Shown here: piece after piece, positions 53,505 to 64,000 of the stretch
How positions within the stretch are numbered: position 1 is the stretch's first letter
Layout of the letters: each line of letters begins with the position of its first letter
DNA from: Octopus sinensis
Taxonomy: Eukaryota
Length of the DNA: 64,000 nucleotides
Reading direction: 5' to 3'
Assembly: GCF_006345805.1 (NCBI RefSeq)
Contig: NC_043011.1
Coordinates: 66,352,464 to 66,416,463 of the forward strand
Notes under the pieces: model-generated
What the model was told of the DNA's origin: nothing
The model's input: the letters and a program-made list of their open reading frames with translations, nothing else
Databases searched by the model: none
Made by a program: the position numbers and the translations under genes

Positions 53505-53880
53505 AATAGCCCAGTGGTTAATGCAGCGAACTTGCGGTCGTAGGATCGTGGTTTCGATTCTCAGACCAGCGGCTGTGAGTCTTTATTAAGCAAAAACACT
53601 TAAAGCTCCACAAGGCTCCGGCAGGAGGTGTTGCCGAACCCTGCTGTACACTTTCACCATAAATTTCTCGCACTCATTCTTCCTGTTCCTGTTTTACCTG
53701 TATTGCAAAGGGCCAGTCTTGTCACCCTCTGTGTTACGCTGAATCTTTTCGAAAACAAAATTAAGGGTAGATATGTATGTGGAGTGCTCAGCCGCTTGCA
53801 CGTTAATTTGACGAGCAGGCTGTTTCGTTGATCGGATCAACTGGAACCCTCGTCGTCGCAACCAGCGGAATGCCACCATT
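53505..53880 (+). mobile_element. tRNA-derived SINE
   Basis: A box tagcccagtggttaa and B box ggtttcgattctc, followed by a non-tRNA body. Confidence 0.7.
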
Positions 53881-53917
53881 GGATCATTAAAAAATACGTC
53901 TTCCTAATGAAGGCTGA

Positions 53918-54918
53918 TAAGAGTTGGTAAGAAAGTAATTCCGTTTTACAGAAATATCTAGAGTTATCATTATTTTTTTAATGACTTTTGTCAATGTTGT
54001 AATAGTTTCCTTTTAACATTTGAAAGCTGTTACTTTTAGCGTATTTTAGAGCATATTGCGTGTAATTTGTTTGGAGCTGTTAGTTCAGTGACAATTAACA
54101 TGGAGTGCGAGTGCAAAAGGGAATATTTTCCCCATATTTTGCTGTTTCATTTCTGTAAAGGCAAGGAAGCTGCTGAGGCTCGCAAAGAGATATATGAAGT
54201 TTATGGTGTTGACTGCTTAAGAGAACGCACACGTCAGAAATGGGTTTTTAAATTCCATTTTGGAGATTTTTTCACTCAAGCAAGATCAACAGAAGTTGAT
54301 GATGACCGAATCAAAGCTATAACTGAATCTGATTGTCATATAACTGCACGTGGGATTGCAAAGAGGGTAAATGTATCACACACAACAATTGAAAATCCGA
54401 ATTGCATAAAAAAAGGACGTGTTGTAATTTTGTGGGATTACAAAGATGTGTATTTTGAGTTGTTTCCAATAAACCAAACGATCAATTCAGGTCTTTTCTG
54501 TCAACAACGAATGAATCTAGAGAAAGCAATCAAAGACAAAACGGCCAGAATTAGCAAATCATAAAGAAATAATGTTTCACCATGAAAACGTAAGACGCAC
54601 ACGTTTTTGCTAAATCGTGAAATGTTATCGGTGCTTCATTGGTAAGTAATGTCACATCCACCATAAAGCCCATTTATTTCTAAGTTTGCGAAATTCTTTG
54701 ACTGGAAAATCTTCCAATAAGGATGATGACCTGAAATCGCATTTGCCTCATTATATGGTGGATAAGGACCAGACGTACTATGAGCACGGAATTGTGAAGT
54801 TGCCAGAAAGATGGCAAAATGGAAAATATACAATTGGTGAAAGTTCATCTTTTGTATGAAAAAATGCTAACTTTTATTTTACACTAAATCACGAAATTAA
54901 TTTCTCCCCAAACAAATA
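53918..54918 (+). mobile_element. Mariner (Tc1/mariner) relic, internally deleted, with imperfect TIRs
   Basis: ORF 54067..54564 has a mariner HTH (HILLFHFCKGKEAAEARKEIYEVYG...RTRQKW). HENVR resembles HDNAR. Ends: taagagttggtaagaaagtaattccgt and acgaaattaatttctccccaaacaaata. Confidence 0.85.
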
Positions 54919-55019
54919 GCTCGTCACAAAACATTGTGTATTTTATGAAAGAAAATGCCTGTAGCAGTATAATAATTGTATGAGACTATCAGTAACTCCT
55001 TGGTTGTGTATTTAATTAC

Positions 55020-55050
<31 letters not shown>

Positions 55051-55129
55051 ATAATATATATATATATATAATATATATGTATATATATATATATATACTA
55101 TATAAATATACATATGTATACACAAATAT

Positions 55130-55175
55130 ATATGGCTGCGGCCTTCGGGCTAAAACATTTTTAAGGATTTAAGGA
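55130..55175 (+). mobile_element. Tail-only CR1 3' end in (TA)n
   Basis: atggctgcggccttcgggctaaaacatttttaaggatttaaggattt matches the tail of the 34770 LINE. A similar stub is at 55835-55880. Confidence 0.7.
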
Positions 55176-55242
55176 TTTATATGTACACACAAATATATAT
55201 ATATATACATAGATATATATACATACATATATATATATATAT

Positions 55243-55308
<66 letters not shown>

Positions 55309-55664
55309 CATACATACATAAGCGAACGCGTAATCCCACTTTATTAAAACTGGTACCGAAACAAATATTGAGAATTACATTTAAAGAAATATACTTGAAG
55401 TGCTATACCTTGTGATATGCAGGAGTAATTCAGTTATGAAACGTCAGGTTTCAGTGTTTTCGTTTGTGCATGTGGCAGGTGGTTCGGTGTTCACTATGAC
55501 ATAGGTTAATGAAAACGAAGCAAACATTCAAATTTAACATCTTACAGTTTATTCAAATATGAAGCATGATATTAAGAATATTTGCGGAGAGGAACGCTGA
55601 GGAGAACGTCATCTGTAGAACAGAAAAAGAAATCTATGTCAACACACACTCAAATACATAAATG

Positions 55665-55835
<171 letters not shown>

Positions 55836-55947
55836 GGCGGTGCATCAGCATGGCCGCACCTCTGAGCTGAAACTAGAAAAAAAATATATATATATGAAAA
55901 AATAAGTCAAAATAGAAAATGCTAAAATAATTTTATAAAGAACATTT

Positions 55948-55985
55948 CAGTACCGGTTTCGGTCATTTTGAGACCTTTTCAACTG
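55948..55985 (-). ncRNA. Hammerhead-fold motif with a variant core (TTGAAAA)
   Basis: cag-TTGAAAA-ggtc-tcaaaat-gacc-GAAAC-cg-GTA-ctg; all three stems pair but the core deviates from CUGANGA. Confidence 0.5.
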
Positions 55986-56345
55986 TAACGATTAAATAAT
56001 TAAATTTAGAAAAATCAAAAGAAAAGATTTTTTAAAGGAATATTTGTATAGTGTTCAAATATAAGTGGCATTTTCCTTGTTTCTGCCTTGCTCTGTCTCT
56101 CTTGTTCACACTTGTGGGTTCGAGGTCGTTGTGAATTCTAGGTAGGGAAGAAGAAGGATGATGAGGAGAAGGCGGGAAAATTTTGTGAGTGCCTTGATTG
56201 TTGTATTTTGAATGGTAGCAGTTCATGACAGTATTTCAATTGAAAGGTTTGTCTATAGAATTTGCGTAGGTGTTATACTAAAAAGCATTAGTGATAAAGT
56301 TAGGAAGTAGAAGGGGGAGAAGAAGATGAGGAAGAAGAAGAGGAA

Positions 56346-56380
<35 letters not shown>

Positions 56381-56398
56381 AGAAGAAGAAGAAGAAGA

Positions 56399-56436
<38 letters not shown>

Positions 56437-56779
56437 CGATGTTGATGATGCTGAAGAAGAAGAGGAGGAAGTAGAAGATGATGATGATGATGATAATGAT
56501 GATGATGAGGAAGGGGAAGAAGAAGAAGAAGAAGAAGAAAGAGGAGGGAGAATATGAATGAGTGGAAGTAGTGAGGTGTTGTATGACTTAAAGTGGCACG
56601 TTATGGGTTATAGCTGTGATTGGGGCTGATTTGTATGTGTATGTGTATGCATATATATATACATATATACATATACATATATATGTCCTTATATATATAT
56701 TTATGTACATATATATATATATATATAGGCATACATGTATATATATAACATATATAACATGTATATTAATATATATATA

Positions 56780-56823
<44 letters not shown>

Positions 56824-57649
56824 CGATTTCGTATTTAGAGACATTGAAATATTGTCCTGTTAGATTAAAATTACCGCTGCACAGAGATAGAATATCACTG
56901 GTGTTACTCTTGTTACAGTACTGCAAGAAGCTGACGTGTTGACAAAATTCTGGTGCCATTTCTTCCGTTTTAACACTCTGAGTTCAAATTCGAATTTTCC
57001 TTTTATAGTTTCGTGATCGATGAAGCAAGTATTAGTTGAGCACACGTATAATCGACCAATCCCCTCCACTGAAATTTCAGACAGGATAACGCAGTAACAA
57101 AATAGCACATATATGTTGTAGTGTTAAAATGGAATAACATACGTGATTTCTGTTACTACATCCTGCTTGCATCTGAAAAGAAACAAATTATATTTCGATA
57201 GTGAGTACACAAAAAATATTGATTTATTTAATCAGTGGAAATTTATAAATCTTCAAATAATAAATTGTAAATATTAAGTTAAAATCCGTTTAGGTAAAAA
57301 ATGTCAAGGCTGTTCAAAACATTGTTATGTTATAAGAGCGGTATATCCCCATTGTTCTTACAGGAATTTAATACTATTAAATTAAGTTTGGAAACTACTA
57401 TACAATACTATACTGTTTGGATAAGAACTAGTGAGAGGGGGAACTTTGTAGTGCACGCCGCTGACTAGCTTTTTTCCGCTCTCTCTCTCTTTCTCCATCA
57501 TGGTTGTATTGTGTTCTTTTTAATCTGTGTTGTAGAATTTATGGAAAGAAGCTATTACACACTTTTTGCTTACTCCGCCAATCCTTCCAAAGTTAAATGT
57601 AAAAATTAAAGCCGTTTGAAATTCTGGTAAAAGCTAAGGATATTTAGTA

Positions 57650-58360
57650 GAGGAGTAAAAGGCGATTTCATCGACCCCATTACTTGACTGATATGTTTTA
57701 TTGAGCTCAAAGGTCTAAGACCATATGTGACCCCCACGCTAACGATTTGACCAACTTGCCACAGGAGTAAATACTACTCATTTCTAACTTCTGGCGCAAA
57801 GTTTGAGTGGATATTGAAGTCGATTACAGTTCTGAAGCGGTATTTGTTTGTCAGCCCCGAATGGATGAATGGCAACGCCGATCTCAGTAGGATCTGAACT
57901 CACAGCGTAAATCAGGAGTAGTTCGATATACTAATGATTGAGCCAGGACATAGAAGTAATGTTTGAAAATTTGGGTACATGGGCAAAAATTACGGGAGAG
58001 TGGGTAGGACATAGACATCAATCAAAATCCTCGAGTTGTACTTATTTAATCGACCTCAAAATGGTGAACGAAAAAGTGGAATCGGCGGAATTTGAACTCA
58101 GAGCGTAACGGCAGACGAAATGCCTATTTATTTACTGTCCACAATGGGCTAAACACAGACGAGACAAACAAGGACAGACAAACGGATTCAGTCGATTATA
58201 TCGACCGCAGTTTGTAACTAGTCCTTAATTTATGGACCCCGAAAGAATGAAAGGCAAAGTCGACCTCGGCGGGATTTGAACTCAGAACGTAACTGTATAA
58301 GAAATGCCGCTAAGGATTTCGCTCGGCGTACTAACGTTTCTGCCAGCTCGCCGCCTTTAG
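57650..58360 (-). mobile_element. Multimeric tRNA-derived SINE (3-4 partial units)
   Basis: Minus-strand head ggcggcgagctggcagaaacgttag at 58355; repeated gttctgagttcaaatcccgccgaggtcgactttgcctttc units. Confidence 0.8.
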
Positions 58361-59532
58361 GAATGTAGACGCATTAATTTTGTGTATATTGAACAGACAA
58401 ATTCCTTTTTGGCAAAAGTAGTTTCAATTCAGTGAAAATATAATGGGGAAAAGATCTTACAACATAGACATAAATTAAATATTGTTTAGTATTTATTTGA
58501 TTAATATAAGTATTCTATCAATAAGGATTATGTCAATAAAAATATAAACACATAACATACGTTGCATTTTTTCATAGAGAGGAATTTAAAATACGAGGAA
58601 CAATAACGGTCGATGCCATCAAAACACTTATGAAATTTCTCGAAATTCCTGGAAGGCAAATTATTTTGAAATTTCATTAAATTGTAAATAATGCAAACAT
58701 TCGTACACTTTTTACACATTTCTCGGGGATCTGATTTTGAATGGATTGGGAATTGAGCTGGCTTTACGTGAAAAGTTCAAATGAGCATAAAACATATATG
58801 AAATATAATTATTCATTCGAGATATGATCGCCTTTGTTGTCAATAGCATTTCCACACCTAAACACTTTTCCCCCGCAGACAAGAAACAGAAAATATCGTC
58901 TTTTAGAAGAGGTAAATATTAGGAGTGCCGCTTCGAATTCGTTCCTAGATCTGAATGTTTTTCCATTTATAGATTTCAGGTGAATTGAATAACTGAAAAT
59001 CTGATGGTGTATCCTAACCTAATAAAGTTATCTTTTATGATGCTACCTACGCTGAACACAGCCTTGCATTGGCATATTGCATGACCATTCTGTTTCAGTT
59101 GCCTACAGCAGATTGTTTCTTTCAATAAAACTTGGTGAACTCATTTAAACTGAGGACAATGAATTTCTGCGTTTAAATTTTGTTTTGTTCCAATAATTTG
59201 AAATGCTTGATACCGATTGTATCCCCCCAAAAAACGTTCAAGAAAATAGTTGCATTTGGATCTTGTTTGTGTATTAGAAATGGCATTACAATTGGTGATA
59301 GCCATTGCTTCATACGTTTATTGTTGTCATAAAACTTCCATTTAAAAAATACATCTCAATTAAATAATTTACCAATGAGAAAGAAGGACAATGTCAGAAT
59401 GGCAATCCAAACATTCTTCTGTACTACAGAACATGGTGTTTTGCCTGATGAATGAGAAAACTTGAGTGAAGGTTTGGAAATGTGAATGCTAACGTTGCAT
59501 ATACGTGTTATCTGTGTATATTGATAAATGTG

Positions 59533-59600
<68 letters not shown>

Positions 59601-60845
59601 TTCCCCCTATCTATCCTCTCACTAGGTCTATATATTCATTTTCACCTGTAGATACACTCAATTGTGTATGCTGCGTTTGCCGGAAGGTATATCAAAATAT
59701 GTAAATGTAAATATTGTTCGGTAATATTAAATATTTAATTACAAATTCCACCAAGCTCCGTTTATCTTTTCATCCTGTCGGAATAGGTACAACAAACTAA
59801 GTACCTGTTGAGCACTGGGGTCAATATAATCGACTCCCGCCCCCACAAAACTCCTGATCACGTGACAAAATCTCAGACCAATATTAACAGTAATATCAAG
59901 TTCTTAAATACCTGCAGCTTCTAGTCTTCACAAACATCCTAAAAGAGACAAGACAATTATTTCTGGCCAGCCCATTGCAATCTACTGGAGCGGTGACAAC
60001 TACAAAAGTGAAAGTTTCTTCTACATTCTTAAATAAATACACCATAAACAACAACATTTAAATCTTATCAGGAAAACATTAAGATGAAATAATGTGACGT
60101 AATGACGACGATATGAAAAATATGTAATTAAGCACGATTAACCATGGAAGAGAGATTTAAATATATAGTTCACAAAATGAGAAGTAGTGATAGACAGTAG
60201 ACAAACACATTATCAAATACCTACTCACCATCAAAGAGAAGATATATAAATATATTGGTTCAGTAGATTTTAGACGTGTGTTTAGGACTTTCACATTTTG
60301 ACAAGAAGATGAGTGTTAAATGTCTGTTAGGTTCGTGAGAATTTAGTTGCGGCGAGTGCTGCATGATTATGTGCGCAACTTTATTGTCTACATTCGATAT
60401 ATTTTATTTTTGCATCAAGCGGATGATGTTAATTCTGAAATTGGGTAGACTTGCTATTACTTTGGGAAATACCACCAGGACATGGAATACACGTCAATAT
60501 TTATAATAAATAAAATATGTAGCCAGTTACTAAATATATATAAGCATTCATAATCCGCCATATATGCTGGCGTGTGTATGTGCTTATGTGTCTATGTGTG
60601 TGAGTGATTGTGTGAGTTTGTGTGTGTGTGTGTGTTTATTTTCAACAAGGGGTGGGGTTTCAGAGTATGAGTACACCTCTGTGCTGTTCGTACAAAAGTA
60701 TGAGAATTTTACATTTTTACACGACTGAATTTACACACATATATATATATATATATATTACTCTACCACTGGTATTTGAGTACTCTTTTTTCCACCTTGT
60801 CTCACATTTATGTGTTTACTCCGGTGCATATATATATAGATAGAT

Positions 60846-60929
<84 letters not shown>

Positions 60930-60933
60930 CATA

Positions 60934-60994
<61 letters not shown>

Positions 60995-60998
<4 letters not shown>

Positions 60999-63070
60999 AA
61001 AATTAAAAGAATCAACAAGAACATCAACATGCAGAAATACTGTCAACAGCAACACACCAACCTGACTGCCATCTCGTCGCTAGAGATTAAAAAACATAAA
61101 CTCCAAAACAACATGATGTCTATCATCAACAGTCAGAGAAGAGTTGAAGAGGGCTGGGCCATTGAGAAGATCAAACTCAATCCCAAAGTGTTCTTTTCAT
61201 TTGCAAAAAAACACAGAGTCACTGGTTCTACTGTTGGCCCTCTGATTGATGAAAATGGTACTCTTCAAGACAATGCCAAAACCATGGGAGAGATATTGCA
61301 GAAACAATATTGCTCTGTTTTCAGCAATCCTGATATAACTGATCTGGGCTGTATCAGTGATGTTACTCCCCAATACACTTTATCGGACATAACCTTTGGC
61401 GCTCCTGATGTCTTAGCAGCAATAAAGGAAATGAAGCATAATTCAGCAGTAGGTCCCGATAGGTTACCTGCTTGTGTCCTGAAGATGTGTCAAAACCAAC
61501 TTGCACCCCCTCTAGCCAATCTGTGGCGGAACTCACTGGATGCTGGATATATACCAGAAGACCTTCTATCCCAGTCTGTTGTCCCAGTTTTCAAAAAAGG
61601 AAACAAATCGCTTGCCGCGAATTACCGTCCAATCTCACTCACCTCTCATATCATCAAGGTATTTGAGAGGGTGCTGAGATCGCGTATGACTCACTTCCTT
61701 GAGAGTCATAATATGCTGAACCCCAACCAGCATGGATTCCGTAATGGGAGAGATTGCCTGACGCAGCTACTGCATCATTTTGATGACATTTTGAGAGCCT
61801 TGGGAGAGGGTTCCAACACTGATGCCATCTACCTTAATTTCAGCAAGGCCTTTGACAGGGTTGATCATAAGATCCTTCTGAGAAAGCTGTCCAATATTGG
61901 TGTCACTGGAAAGCTGCTGCAATGGATCAAGTGCTTCCTGTCTAACAGAACCCAACATGTTGTAGTCGAAGGAGTCAAATCCAGCCCAGCCAAAGTCAGC
62001 AGTGGTGTCCCACAAGGCACTGTGTTGGGCCCACTTCTCTTCATCATCTACATAAATGATATTACTGACACCATCAAACACAGTAACATCAGAACCTTCG
62101 CTGATGATTCCAAGCTCCAGAAGGTCATCAATGGCGTGGACGACCGAATAAACCTTCAGTCAGACATACTGGCTGTTGTCTAATGGGCGGAAAAGAATAA
62201 GATGTTGCTAAATGAAGACAAATTCGAACTGATCCACTTTGGAAGGGAGGACGCTCTGAAACTCCCATACTCTCTTACTTCTGGAGAGATTCTCATGGCA
62301 TCCAACAACATCAGAGACCTGGGAGTAACGGTGGACAACAACATAAGCTGGGCTACTCATATAAGCAGCAAAGTTGACATGGCCCGCAGAATGTGTTCCT
62401 GGATTCTCAGAACCTTCCAGTCGAGAGATTCTCACGCTATTATCCTTCTCTTCTCCACTTTTGCCCGACCCCACCTTGAATACTGCTGTCCACTGTGGTC
62501 TCCCTACACAAAACAAAATATTATGAGAATTGAAACTCCCCAAAGGTCAATCACAAAAAAGATAGATGGCATGTCAGACCTTGACTACTGGGGTAGACTA
62601 GAGAAGCTGAAATTGAATTCACTCCAACGACGCCGTGAACGCTACATTATCTGTATGATGTGGAAAATATTCCATCAGCACTGTCCGAATGATGCTGGCA
62701 TCACCTTCAAAATGCATCCAAGTCTTGGACCACGTGCCATCCGTCCACAACAAAAATCTAAATCACATCACATAACGACAATACGGCACAACTATTTCAC
62801 CTCCATTGGACCCGCTCTCTTCAACATTACACCAGGACACGTCAAAAAAGAAAATGACCACACAAAATTCAAGAAGTCTTTGGACAAATTCCTTCAAACA
62901 GTACCGGACAAACCACCCACACCCGGTTATGTCTCCGCAAACAATAACTCTCTGCTCGAATGGGCCTTGGTGCCCAAATCCTGAGATGAAAGACTTCGCC
63001 AGGTGGTGCTATTAAGTTAGACATGGCCTGGGCCAATACTGGCCAAACACCTTTCTAAGTTATTCTAAGT
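60995..63070 (+). mobile_element. CR1-group LINE, 5'-truncated, RT nearly intact (one in-frame stop), between (TA)n tracts
   Basis: ORFs 61029..62183 and 62202..62984 are in the same frame, separated by TAA at 62181-62183. [30 protein letters not shown]. The tail ends ttctaagttattctaagtt. Confidence 0.92.
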
Positions 63071-63073
63071 TAT

Positions 63074-63121
<48 letters not shown>

Positions 63122-63149
63122 ATATATATATACATATATATATAGATAG

Positions 63150-63282
<133 letters not shown>

Positions 63283-63283
63283 C

Positions 63284-64000
63284 ATTTCAACAATTGAGGG
63301 TAAAATTAATTAATTATTAATCAATTTCACCAAGTATTCAGTATGTAAAGGGGCCATTTAAGGCGAATTCAAAATATTACATTATATATAAGGGCTTAGT
63401 AAAATAAATTACTTTGCCACATACTGAACTCATTAGAAATAGCAGCTAAAGAAATTTCTTTAGCTATTTCTAATACTTAAAGAAGATCTCTCTCAGATAG
63501 TGTTTGCTCAAACCAACTCACGAAGGTATGGGGGTAAAAACATTAAAAAAATCAAGTGCAAAGGTTATTTGAGAACGTACGTTTCTAGATTAGTCAAATC
63601 GACATTTCCTTCGTCAGCTCAGAACTCCTTGATTCGGATTTGGGAACACTGAAAGTGGGAGCATACCCTTTTGGCTTCTTATCACCTCTGGAATTCCGCT
63701 CGAACTAAAAGTGCTAACAAATTCAAAATATGCAAGCGAAGAATTTCTGCTCTCCCCTTTCCACCAGCGTGGGTTAAAATTGACAAACACTATGTTTTAT
63801 CGGTGAAAACCGAAGCATTAAACAGAGAGAAATGAATTATAATTTCAACAATTGATGGTAAAATTAATTAATTATTAATCAATTTCACCAAGTATTCAGT
63901 ATGTAAAGGGACCATTTAAGGCGAATTCAAAATATTACATTATATATAAGGGCTTAGTAAAATAAATTACTTTGCCACATACTGAACTCATTAGAAATAG
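63284..64000 (-). mobile_element. Non-autonomous PLE-derived element: direct repeats of at least 159 bp (63284-63442, 63842-64000+) around a hammerhead, after (TA)n
   Basis: Period 558 bp with 2 substitutions. The repeat is homologous to 15590-15780 and runs off the window end. Confidence 0.8.
63570..63621 (-). ncRNA. Minimal type I hammerhead ribozyme
   Basis: tgag-CTGACGA-aggaaatgtcgatttgactaatcta-GAAAC-gtac-GTT-ctca. Canonical core, same palindromic stem III as 15263, but a weak stem II. Confidence 0.7.

Noticed and set aside
53505-53580. tRNA-like A/B boxes (also in other SINE heads)
   Set aside because: There is no complete cloverleaf; these are SINE heads. No real tRNA, rRNA or CRISPR array was seen in the window.

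Overview
AT-rich animal genomic DNA packed with microsatellites ((TA)n, (AAT)n, (GAA)n, (GATA)n) and transposon relics. The repeat mix suggests an octopus or other coleoid cephalopod (inference). One host gene can be rebuilt by hand on the minus strand from five phase-compatible GT-AG exons (14291-14273, 13150-13060, 3689-3608, 2637-2599, 2098-2036). It encodes a 97-aa, apparently secreted, Cys- and aromatic-rich protein that the ORF track misses and that I do not recognise. The rest is mobile DNA: four CR1-group LINEs (two keep an unusual Myb/SANT-like plus CCCH N-terminus), Dong/R4-like fragments in (AAT)n, a Tx1/L1-like fragment in (GATA)n, tRNA-derived SINEs, a mariner relic and many Penelope-like (PLE) relics. 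The PLE relics include an open GIY-YIG domain and several hammerhead-ribozyme motifs. Two related elements have a direct repeat-hammerhead-direct repeat layout (598 and 558 bp periods) and share a covarying RNA structure. Three near-perfect fold-back palindromes abut microsatellites. Most ORFs in the supplied track are microsatellite or antisense artefacts. All alignments and folds were done by eye.
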